A stretch of 16,706 nt of DNA from Alphaproteobacteria bacterium (GTDB taxonomy: Bacteria > Pseudomonadota > Alphaproteobacteria > UBA828): assembly GCA_963422645.2 (NCBI GenBank), contig CAXXVO010000019.1, positions 1 through 16,706 of the forward strand, written 5' to 3'. Shown here one piece after another: positions 7,719 to 16,706 of this stretch. How positions within the stretch are numbered: the first letter of the stretch is position 1; the number at the start of each line of letters is the position of its first letter. Position numbers and translations under genes: made by a program. The notes beneath the pieces are model-generated. The model searched no databases, had not been told where the DNA came from, and worked only from the letters and a program-made list of their open reading frames with translations.

Positions 7719-7980
7719 GCGCGGACCTCAGCGATAGCCGGCGAGACGGCGGGCACGGTGTGCTGGATCAGGGCGCCGCGCAGCTTGTTCCCCTCGCGCC
7801 GCGCACGAGGCCCATGCCGGCGCCGAACGCTGCCGGCACGCTCGCGAGGATCGACGGCGGGCGCCAATAGGGGTGAGGCTCGGCCGGGAAGCCGCAGGCC
7901 GGCCAGCTCAGGCGCCCCCAAGAGCAGCCGTCATCCAACCGGATCGCGGGGTACCCCAAAGGCGTGAAGTCCTCGCCCCT

Positions 7981-8017
7981 TTCCCACTCGTACTCAGTTC
8001 GAATGTGGGAATCTTTT
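7981..8017 (+). terminator. Possible intrinsic terminator or inverted repeat between the ureide operon and the convergent tRNA
   Basis: TTCCCAC-TCG...CGA-AT-GTGGGAA stem followed by TCTTTT on the + strand; large loop and short U tract. Confidence 0.35.
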
Positions 8018-8079
8018 AGGGTGCACCGCTACAGGCTACGGTGTGACCTGAGGTATTTCACGGAGTTATCGAAAACAGT

Positions 8080-8167
8080 TGGCGGAGGGACGGGGATTCG
8101 AACCCCGGACACCTTTCGGTGAACACGCTTTCCAGGCGTGCGCCTTAAACCACTCGGCCATCCCTCC
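8080..8167 (-). tRNA. tRNA-Ser (anticodon GGA), 88 nt with encoded CCA
   Basis: Reverse complement GGAGGGATGGCCGAGTGGTTTAAGGCGCACGCCTGGAAAGCGTGTTCACCGAAAGGTGTCCGGGGTTCGAATCCCCGTCCCTCCGCCA. It has a 7-bp acceptor stem, anticodon stem CACGC/GCGTG with loop CTGGAAA, long variable arm CACC-GAAA-GGTG, GTTCGAAT T-loop and G discriminator. Confidence 0.97.
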
Positions 8168-8177
8168 GGGGGGCGAA

Positions 8178-8205
8178 ACAATAGCAACAACATCTGGCGC
8201 TGCAA
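8178..8205 (-). promoter_or_regulatory. Putative sigma70 promoter of tRNA-Ser
   Basis: Minus strand TTGCAG-N16-TATTGT with a TG extended -10, about 10 bp upstream of the tRNA 5' end. Confidence 0.55.
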
Positions 8206-8242
8206 TATGCGAGACACCATATAGGCCGAAAGGAGACGTCAT

Positions 8243-8554
8243 ATGATGATTGTTCGCCTCGTCGGGGTCGTGCTCGGTCTGGTGTTCTTCGCCGCCCTCG
8301 GCCACGAGATCTACAAGTTCGCAGGCGCCGGCGGCTACCGCCTGATCAGCGCGGGCGAGCTCTGGGCGCGGTCCGACGCCAACAGCCTCGTGGGCTTTCA
8401 GGCGCTGATCGAGAAGGGCGTAGCCCCCTGGCTCTGGTCGGACATCGTGCTGCCGGTGCTCCTCGGTCCCGCCTGGGCGATTCCCCTGGTGCTGGCGGCG
8501 CTGGCGGCGCTGCTGCTCGTGCTCGTGGGGCGCCGGCGCCGTCAACACCTCTAG
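8243..8554 (+). CDS. Small hypothetical membrane protein (two hydrophobic segments, basic C-terminus)
   Basis: AAGGAG RBS just upstream; GC3-rich codon usage like the core genes; hydrophobic N- and C-terminal helices; RRRRQHL tail. Confidence 0.75.
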   Translation: MMIVRLVGVVLGLVFFAALGHEIYKFAGAGGYRLISAGELWARSDANSLVGFQALIEKGVAPWLWSDIVLPVLLGPAWAIPLVLAALAALLLVLVGRRRRQHL

Positions 8555-8566
8555 TCCAGCGGCCGC

Positions 8567-10369
<1,803 letters not shown>

Positions 10370-10407
10370 GGCAGCGGCCCGAACCCTTCGCCCGAGCGCA
10401 GGCGCGC

Positions 10408-12816
10408 TCAGCCGCGCAGCACGCCGCCGGTCATCTTCGCCACGTTGGCGACGATCTTCGCGCCCGCCGCGTCGATTTCCGGATCGGTCAACGTGCGGTC
10501 CTGTGCCTCCAGGCGAACCGTGATCGCGAGGGATTTCTTGTCCGCCTCGATGCCGGGGCCGGCGTAGACGTCGAACACCGTGACCGCCTTGATCAGCGTC
10601 TTCTCGGCGTTGCGGGCCGCGCGCTCGACCTCTGACGCGGCCACGCCGCCGTCGAGGATGAAGGCGAAATCGCGCTCGGCCGCGGGATAGTCGGAGGCGG
10701 CGAGGGGCGGCTTGGCGCGCGTCGCCTTGGCCTTGGGCCGGGGCTGGGCGTCCATCATCACCTCGAAGCCCACCATCGGCCCCTCGGCTCCAAGCTCCGC
10801 GAGGACGCCGGGATGCAGCTCGCCGAAGGTGGCGAGCGCGTTGCGCCCGAGCCCGAGCGTGCCGACCCGGCCGGGGTGGTACCACACCGGTCCCTCCGCC
10901 CTGGTCTGGAGGCTGCCGAGTGAAACGCCGGCGGCGCTGAGCGCCGCGAGCACGTCGGCCTTGGCATCGAAGGGGTCCACCTGCCGCTCCGGCCCGTGCC
11001 AGTTGCGCGGCACCGCCGACGCCGCCCGCACGCCTGCGACCACCGTCCGTTGCTCCTCCGGCGCCGTGCCGGAGTAGACCGGCCCGGTCTCGAAGAGTGC
11101 TGCGCCCGCGAGACCGCGGTCCGCATTGCGCCGACAGGCCTCGATCAGATTGGGCAGGATCGAGGGGCGCATGGCATCGAGCTCGGCGTTGATCGGGTTC
11201 GCCAGCACCAGCGCGTCGGGCGCATCGCCGAAGAGTGCCGCGTGCTGCCTCGGCATGAACGACCAGGTCACTGCCTCGAACATGCCGCGTGCCGTGAGCG
11301 AGCGGCGCAGGGCACCGAGCCGGCGGCGCGTGGACGAGAGCGCCGGCCGCGCCCTCTCGCTCGCCGTCGGGCTGAGGGAGACTGCGGGGATCTGGTCGAA
11401 GCCCGCGATCCGCAGCACTTCCTCCACGAGGTCCGCCTCGCCGAGGATGTCGCCGCGCCATGACGGCGGCCGCACCGCGACCGGATCGGCTTCCTCCTCT
11501 TCGCAGGCAAAGCCCAGAGCCGAGAGAATGCCGAGCGACTCGTCCCGCGTGCAGTCGACGCCGCCAAGCGCCTTCACCCTGGTGGGGCGAAAGGCGATCT
11601 CGCGCCGCCACGCGGGCTCTGCACCCGCGACCACGACTTCGCTCGCCTCGCCGCCGCAGAGCTCGATCACGAGCCGCGTCATCAATTCCATCCCGGGCCC
11701 TGCGAAGGCCGGATCGACCCCGCGCTCGAAGCGGTAGCGGGCGTCGCTCTCCAAATTGAATGTGCGCCCGGTCGCGGCCGTGCGGACGGGATCGAAGAGC
11801 GCGATCTCGATGAAGACATCCGTCGTCTCCATCGTGCATCCCGTGGGCTCGCCGCCCATCACACCGGCGAGGCTGATCACGCCGCTCTCGTCGCCGATCC
11901 CGGTCATGGCGTCGTCGAGCACGTACTCCTTGCCGTTGAGCGCGGCGAAGGTCGCGCCGCCCTGGCCGAGGCGGAGCCAGATGTCGCCCCTCACCTTGCC
12001 GGCATCGAAGACGTGCACCGGGCGGTTGCGGTCGATGGTCAGGAAATTGGTGAGATCGACCAGCGCGGAGATCGGGCGCAGGCCGACCGAGGAGAGCCTG
12101 TCCTTGAGCCAGCGCGGGCTCTCGCAATTGCGTATGCCCCGGATGTAGCGGCCGAGGAAGAGCGGGCAGGGGCTCGGCCTATCACCGGGGAAGTCGAGGA
12201 TCACGTCGATGGGGCTCGTGAACCTGCCGGCGACGGGCTCGATGTCGGCGCTCTTGAGGCGGCCGAGGCCCGCTGCTGCCAGGTCGCGGGCGATGCCGTG
12301 GACGCCCAGGCAATCGGCGCGGTTGGGCGTGATCGCGATGTCGAAGAGCGGGTCGTCCAGGCCCACCACGTCAGCAAAGGGCGCGCCCACCGGGGCGACC
12401 GGGTCCAGCTCGATGATCCCCTCGTGCTCGTCGCTCAGGCCCATCTCGCGCTCGGAGCAAAGCATGCCGCAGCTCTCGACACCCCGGATCTTCGCCTTCT
12501 TGAGCACGACGCCGGTGCCGGGGATGGTGGTGCCGGGCGGGGCGAAGACGCCCTTCATGCCGGTGCGCGCATTGGGCGCGCCGCAGACCACCTCGACCTG
12601 ATTCTTACCCGTATCGACCACGCAGAGCCTGAGCTTGTCGGCGTTCGGATGCTGCCGCGCCTCCACCACATAAGCGACGGTGAAGGGCGCGAGATCGTCG
12701 CCCGGCCGGCGGACCCCCTCCACCTCGAGCCCGATGGCGGTGAGCTTGGCCGCGATATCGTCGAGCGACGCATCGGTCTCCAGATGCGCCTTCAGCCATG
12801 AGAGGGTGAACTTCAC
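10408..12816 (-). CDS. pheT: Phenylalanine--tRNA ligase beta subunit, 802 aa
   Basis: GTG start at 12816 overlapping the pheS TGA (MKFTLSWLK); [61 protein letters not shown]-terminal LRG. Confidence 0.97.
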   Translation of the reverse strand: MKFTLSWLKAHLETDASLDDIAAKLTAIGLEVEGVRRPGDDLAPFTVAYVVEARQHPNADKLRLCVVDTGKNQVEVVCGAPNARTGMKGVFAPPGTTIPGTGVVLKKAKIRGVESCGMLCSEREMGLSDEHEGIIELDPVAPVGAPFADVVGLDDPLFDIAITPNRADCLGVHGIARDLAAAGLGRLKSADIEPVAGRFTSPIDVILDFPGDRPSPCPLFLGRYIRGIRNCESPRWLKDRLSSVGLRPISALVDLTNFLTIDRNRPVHVFDAGKVRGDIWLRLGQGGATFAALNGKEYVLDDAMTGIGDESGVISLAGVMGGEPTGCTMETTDVFIEIALFDPVRTAATGRTFNLESDARYRFERGVDPAFAGPGMELMTRLVIELCGGEASEVVVAGAEPAWRREIAFRPTRVKALGGVDCTRDESLGILSALGFACEEEEADPVAVRPPSWRGDILGEADLVEEVLRIAGFDQIPAVSLSPTASERARPALSSTRRRLGALRRSLTARGMFEAVTWSFMPRQHAALFGDAPDALVLANPINAELDAMRPSILPNLIEACRRNADRGLAGAALFETGPVYSGTAPEEQRTVVAGVRAASAVPRNWHGPERQVDPFDAKADVLAALSAAGVSLGSLQTRAEGPVWYHPGRVGTLGLGRNALATFGELHPGVLAELGAEGPMVGFEVMMDAQPRPKAKATRAKPPLAASDYPAAERDFAFILDGGVAASEVERAARNAEKTLIKAVTVFDVYAGPGIEADKKSLAITVRLEAQDRTLTDPEIDAAGAKIVANVAKMTGGVLRG

Positions 12817-13889
12817 CCGCTGAGCCCCGCTGCCAGGCTCGGCACGTCGAAGGGTGCAAAGCCGTAGTGGCGCAGCCAGCGCAGGTCGGCGTCGAAGAAG
12901 CTGCGCAGGTCGGGAATGCCGTATTTCAGCATGGCCGGGCGCTCGACCCCGAGACCGAAGGCGAAGCCCTGGTAGCGGGTGGGATCGAGGCCCACGATCT
13001 CCAACACGCGCGGGTGCACCATGCCGCAGCCGAGGATCTCCATCCAGTCCGCGCCATGGCCGATGCGCAGTCCTCCGCCTTCCCGCGAGCAGCCGATGTC
13101 CATCTCGGCGGAAGGCTCGGTAAAGGGGAAGTAGCTCGGTCGGAAGCGCACCGGCAGGTCTTCCACCTCGAAGAACGCCCGCGCCAGATCGATCAGGCAG
13201 CCCTTGAGATGGCCCATGTGGGTGCTCTCGTCGATCACCAGCCCCTCGATCTGATGGAACATGGGCGTGTGGGTCATGTCGTAGTCGCAGCGGTAGGTGC
13301 GGCCCGGCGCGATGATTCGGTGAGGTGGCGGCTCCGCCTGCATGGTGCGGATCTGCACCGGCGAGGTGTGGGTCCGGAGCAGCATGCGCTCGCCCGCCTC
13401 GTCGGCACCAAAGTAGAAGGTGTCGTGCATCTGCCGTGCCGGGTGCTCCGGCGGGATGTTGAGCGCCGTGAAGTTGTGGAAGTCGTCCTCGATGTCGGGC
13501 CCTTCGACGACCCGGAAGCCCATGTCGGCGAGGATCGCGATCAGCTCGTCCAGCACCTGGCTGATGGGGTGAACGGTGCCCTCCGCCTCGGGGCGGGTCG
13601 GCAAGGTCACATCCACTCGCTCCGTCGCGAGGCGCTGGTCCAGGGCGGCGCGGTCCAGCGCCGCGCGCCTCTCGTCGACCGCGTCGGCGAGCTTGCGCTT
13701 GATCTGGTTGAGCCGGACACCGGCCTCCTTGCGGGCCTCGATATCGAGGCCGCCCAGACCCTTCATCGCTTGGCTGAGAGGCGATTTCTTGCCGAGCGCA
13801 GCGACGCGGGCCTGCTCCAGAGCTGGCAGGTCGCCGGCCGCTTCGATCCCGGCCAGCATTTGCTCTTCCAGGGTGTGAAGGTCGTCCAA
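12813..13889 (-). CDS. pheS: Phenylalanine--tRNA ligase alpha subunit
   Basis: TTG start with GGAG RBS upstream; HNFTALNIPPEHPARQMHDTF, LRTHTSPVQ, THTPMFHQIEG, FRPSYFPFTEPS, GFAFGLGVER. Confidence 0.98.
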   Translation of the reverse strand: MDDLHTLEEQMLAGIEAAGDLPALEQARVAALGKKSPLSQAMKGLGGLDIEARKEAGVRLNQIKRKLADAVDERRAALDRAALDQRLATERVDVTLPTRPEAEGTVHPISQVLDELIAILADMGFRVVEGPDIEDDFHNFTALNIPPEHPARQMHDTFYFGADEAGERMLLRTHTSPVQIRTMQAEPPPHRIIAPGRTYRCDYDMTHTPMFHQIEGLVIDESTHMGHLKGCLIDLARAFFEVEDLPVRFRPSYFPFTEPSAEMDIGCSREGGGLRIGHGADWMEILGCGMVHPRVLEIVGLDPTRYQGFAFGLGVERPAMLKYGIPDLRSFFDADLRWLRHYGFAPFDVPSLAAGLSG

Positions 13890-13933
13890 GGACCCTACTC
13901 CGACGGCCGTCCGGTGACGGAACGGCCGGCCGA

Positions 13934-14299
13934 TCAGCCGGTCGCGCCGTGCGCGCTCCGCGCCTGTTCGACGACGGCCGCGAACGCCGCCGGCTCACGG
14001 ACGGCGAGGTCCGCAAGAACCTTGCGGTCGATATCCACCTTGGCGAGCGCAAGACCGTGCATGAGCTGCGAATAGGTGAGCCCGTGCTCGCGGGCCGCGG
14101 CGTTGATCCGCTGGATCCAGAGCGCGCGGAAGCGGCGCTTGCGGGTGCGCCGGTCGCGATAGGCGTACTGCAGCGCCTTTTCGACGCGCTCGAGGGCCAC
14201 GCGGTAGCTGGAGTGGCCGCGCCCGCGATACCCGCGGGCCAGCTTCAGCACCTTCTTGTGCCGGGCGTGGGTGGTCACGCCCCGCTTTACCCGTGCCAT
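13934..14299 (-). CDS. rplT: 50S ribosomal protein L20
   Basis: [55 protein letters not shown]. Confidence 0.98.
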   Translation of the reverse strand: MARVKRGVTTHARHKKVLKLARGYRGRGHSSYRVALERVEKALQYAYRDRRTRKRRFRALWIQRINAAAREHGLTYSQLMHGLALAKVDIDRKVLADLAVREPAAFAAVVEQARSAHGATG

Positions 14300-14320
14300 A
14301 GGGATGTTCCTCCGACGCGC

Positions 14321-14518
14321 TTAGAGATAGGGCAGGAACCGCCGCACGATCGCCGCGTCCGGCGCGGAAAGCACCTTGGCTCCGCGCTGATTACGCTTCA
14401 CCTTCTTCTCGCGCTTGGTCAGGTTGTGGCGGTGGTAGGCGGTGCGCCGGCGCAGCTTGCCGCGCCCCGTGGCGGAGAATCGCTTCTTCGCGCTGCTCTT
14501 GGTCTTGAGCTTGGACAT
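14321..14518 (-). CDS. rpmI: 50S ribosomal protein L35
   Basis: [27 protein letters not shown]; lies between infC and rplT. Confidence 0.96.
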   Translation of the reverse strand: MSKLKTKSSAKKRFSATGRGKLRRRTAYHRHNLTKREKKVKRNQRGAKVLSAPDAAIVRRFLPYL

Positions 14519-14547
14519 AAGCGTCTCGCGATCTTCGTCGTTTCTCG

Positions 14548-14578
14548 AATGGAAAGGGCGCGCCGGGCGCGCGCCCTT
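14548..14578 (-). terminator. GC-rich hairpin, possible terminator between infC and rpmI
   Basis: Perfect 10-bp stem AAGGGCGCGC/GCGCGCCCTT with a 5-nt loop (14554-14578), followed on the minus strand by TTTCCATT. Confidence 0.45.
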
Positions 14579-14604
14579 GTACTCGGAGTGTCGGCCGGAT
14601 TCAA
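14576..14604 (-). promoter_or_regulatory. Putative sigma70 promoter for rpmI-rplT-pheST
   Basis: Minus strand TTGAAT-N17-TACAAG, about 58 bp upstream of the rpmI ATG; a -10 lacking the final T is common in Alphaproteobacteria. Confidence 0.55.
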
Positions 14605-14709
14605 GGGAAGAAGCCGCGATCAGGGCGGTCTCACCCGCAATTTACGAGCCGCCGGTCTCGCTCATGTCCTGCCGCGCAGGGGCTCGGGCACCAGCGCGGC
14701 GCCCGGCAG

Positions 14710-15246
14710 CTACCTGCAGGTTATCACCATGGTCATCTGGCGGCCCTCCATCTTCGGCATCTGCTCGACCTTCGCCAGATCCTCGAGTTCGTCGCGCACG
14801 CGCATCAGCACGTTCATGCCGAGATTCTGGTGCACCATCTCGCGGCCCCTGAAGCGCATGGTCACCTTGACCTTGTCGCCTTCGTCGAGGAAGCGGCGGA
14901 TATTGCGCAGCTTCACGTCGTAGTCAGCCTCATTGATACCGGGCCGGAACTTGACCTCCTTGATATCGATCGTCTTTTGCTTCTTGCGGGCTTCGCTGGC
15001 CTTCTTCTGGGCCTCGTACTTGTATTTGCCGAAGTCGAGCAGCTTGCACACCGGCGGCTCCGCGTCCGGCGCAACCTCGACCAGGTCGAGTCCTGTCTCG
15101 TCCGCGAGCTCTAACGCGCGCTCGACGGCGATGACGCCGACCTGTCCTCCGTTTTGATCGATGAGGCGGACACTTGCCGCCTGAATGCCATCATTGACGC
15201 GCGGTCCTTCACGCGTCGGTGGTGCCGCGACCGGATGTCTCGCTAT
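14710..15246 (-). CDS. infC: Translation initiation factor IF-3 with probable non-canonical ATA start
   Basis: [65 protein letters not shown]. In-frame ATA at 15246-15244 preceded by GGGAGACGGAGG gives 178 aa. Confidence 0.95.
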   Translation of the reverse strand: MARHPVAAPPTREGPRVNDGIQAASVRLIDQNGGQVGVIAVERALELADETGLDLVEVAPDAEPPVCKLLDFGKYKYEAQKKASEARKKQKTIDIKEVKFRPGINEADYDVKLRNIRRFLDEGDKVKVTMRFRGREMVHQNLGMNVLMRVRDELEDLAKVEQMPKMEGRQMTMVITCR

Positions 15247-15313
15247 CCTCCGTCTCCCTTCCTCGTGGCGCTCATCGGGCTGGCGGCACCGCCATGTTTG
15301 GTCCAGCGCCTCG

Positions 15314-16705
15314 TCAACCCGTGCCCTCCCCAACGACCAACCGACTAAGCGGGCTGGCCGCCTGCTGGCAAAGTGTAGTGACGGCCTCGTTTAGCGCAAG
15401 AATTTCTTGATCCCTGGAACCAAGCCGCCGCAGCGAGACTGTGCCCTGCTCGGCCTCGCGCGCGCCGACGGCGAGGATCAGCGGGACCTTGGCCGCGCTG
15501 TGCTCGCGCACCTTGTAGCCGATCTTCTCGTTGCGCAGGTCGGCGTCGACGCGCAGCCCGGCGCGCTGCAAGCGCGCTGCCACGATCTTCGCGTAGTCGG
15601 CGTACTGATCGGTGATGCTCGCCACCACCGCGTGCGTGGGCGAGAGCCAGAGCGGCAGATGGCCGCTGTAATGTTCCAGCAGGATGCCGATGAAACGCTC
15701 CAGCGAGCCGAAGAGCGCCCGGTGCAGCATCACCGGCCGGTGCCGCGCGCCGTCCTCGCCGATGTAGTTGGCGTCGAGGCGCTCGGGCAGGTTCAGGTCG
15801 ACCTGGAGCGTGCCGCACTGCCACTCGCGCCCGATGGCGTCGCGCAGCACGAACTCGAGCTTCGGCCCGTAGAACGCGCCCTCGCCGGGATTGTGGCTGT
15901 AGTCGATCCCCATGCTCTCCAGCGCGCCCTTGAGCGCAGCCTCCAGCCGATCCCAGACCTCGTCGGCGCCGATGCGCTTGGGCGGCCGGTCGGCGAACTT
16001 GATCTGCACGTCGTCGAAGCCGAAGTCGCGGTAGATGTCGAGGCAGAGCTCGGTCACGCCCCGGCACTCCTCCTCGGTCTGCTCCGGCGTGCAGAAGATG
16101 TGGGCGTCGTCCTGGCTGAAGGCGCGCACCCTGAGCAGGCCGTGAAGCGCGCCCGACGGCTCGTAGCGGTGGACCTTGCCGAACTCCGAAATTCTCAAGG
16201 GCAGGTCGCGGTAGCTCTTGATCCCGCGCTTGTAGACCTGCACGTGGCCGGGGCAGTTCATCGGCTTGATCGCGTAGTGCCGGCCATCCTCGGTCTGCGA
16301 GGTGAACATGTGCTCGCGGAAGGTCTGCCAATGGCCGGAGGCCTCCCACAGCACGCTGTCCATCATGTCGGGGGTGCTGACCTCGTGATAGCCGGCGGCA
16401 TCCTGTCGCGCGCGCATGTAGTCGACGAGCGCGCGGAACAAGGTCCAGCCCTTGGGGTGCCAGAACGCCGCGCCTGGCGCCTCTTCCTGGAAGTGGACGA
16501 GGCCCATCTCGCGTCCCAGCCGCCGATGGTCGCGCTTCTCGGCCTCCTCGAGCCGGTGGAGGTAGGCCTTGAGCTGCTTGTCGTCGGGCCAGGCGGTGCC
16601 GTAGATGCGCTGGAGCATCTCGTTCCGCGCATCGCCCCGCCAGTAGGCGCCCGCCACCTTGAGCAGCTTGAAGGCGCCGACCTTGCCGGTGGACGGCAGG
16701 TGCGG
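15314..16705 (-). CDS. thrS: Threonine--tRNA ligase, 5'-truncated by the window edge
   Basis: Frame is open to the window edge ([25 protein letters not shown]); [68 protein letters not shown]. Confidence 0.98.
   Translation of the reverse strand, partial: PHLPSTGKVGAFKLLKVAGAYWRGDARNEMLQRIYGTAWPDDKQLKAYLHRLEEAEKRDHRRLGREMGLVHFQEEAPGAAFWHPKGWTLFRALVDYMRARQDAAGYHEVSTPDMMDSVLWEASGHWQTFREHMFTSQTEDGRHYAIKPMNCPGHVQVYKRGIKSYRDLPLRISEFGKVHRYEPSGALHGLLRVRAFSQDDAHIFCTPEQTEEECRGVTELCLDIYRDFGFDDVQIKFADRPPKRIGADEVWDRLEAALKGALESMGIDYSHNPGEGAFYGPKLEFVLRDAIGREWQCGTLQVDLNLPERLDANYIGEDGARHRPVMLHRALFGSLERFIGILLEHYSGHLPLWLSPTHAVVASITDQYADYAKIVAARLQRAGLRVDADLRNEKIGYKVREHSAAKVPLILAVGAREAEQGTVSLRRLGSRDQEILALNEAVTTLCQQAASPLSRLVVGEGTG
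15372..15399 (-). promoter_or_regulatory. Putative infC promoter embedded in the thrS 3' coding region
   Basis: Minus strand TTGCGC-N16-TACACT in a stretch where thrS switches to A/T-ending codons (ATT CTT GCG CTA AAC..ACT ACA CTT). Confidence 0.55.
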
Positions 16706-16706
16706 C

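Noticed and set aside
8029-8220. 63-aa ORF overlapping the tRNA
   Set aside because: Translation of tRNA sequence and its promoter region; no coding evidence.
10370-12127. Apparent 1186-aa LepA with a long N-terminal extension overlapping pheT
   Set aside because: The extension is the -1 frame of pheT, where GC-rich third positions become first positions and stops are rare. It is Arg/Gly/Ala-rich noise, and LepA homology starts at 10369.
12817-14052. Apparent 1214-aa PheT or PheS-PheT fusion
   Set aside because: Same shadow-frame effect over pheS. PheT begins at GTG 12816 overlapping the pheS stop, a normal coupling.
12867-14923. Long + strand ORFs (402 aa, 324 aa; also 9386-10567) opposite housekeeping genes
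   Set aside because: Antisense shadows of strongly biased GC-rich genes.

Overview
GC-rich, most likely alphaproteobacterial chromosome segment (inferred from the gene order thrS-infC-rpmI-rplT-pheS-pheT-lepA) with two distinct halves. The left half (1-7718, + strand, lower GC) is a ureide/purine-catabolism operon. It encodes a Liv/HAAT-type ABC transporter (permease plus two ATPases), an allantoin racemase (HpxA-like), a PuuE-type allantoinase, an allantoate amidohydrolase and an extra ArgE/DapE-like M20 hydrolase that lacks two canonical metal ligands. The allantoinase is split by an intact 1345-bp IS3-family element with a CTT target duplication, and the amidohydrolase carries a 1-bp frameshift. 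The operon abuts the 3' end of a tRNA-Ser(GGA) gene (8080-8167, - strand), which suggests an acquired island that may now be decaying. The right half (8567-16706, - strand) is the conserved translation cluster, with an ATA-start infC and recognisable promoters and hairpins. No CRISPR array or defence system was seen. The best novelty candidate is the atypical M20 hydrolase within a Liv-transporter-linked ureide pathway.
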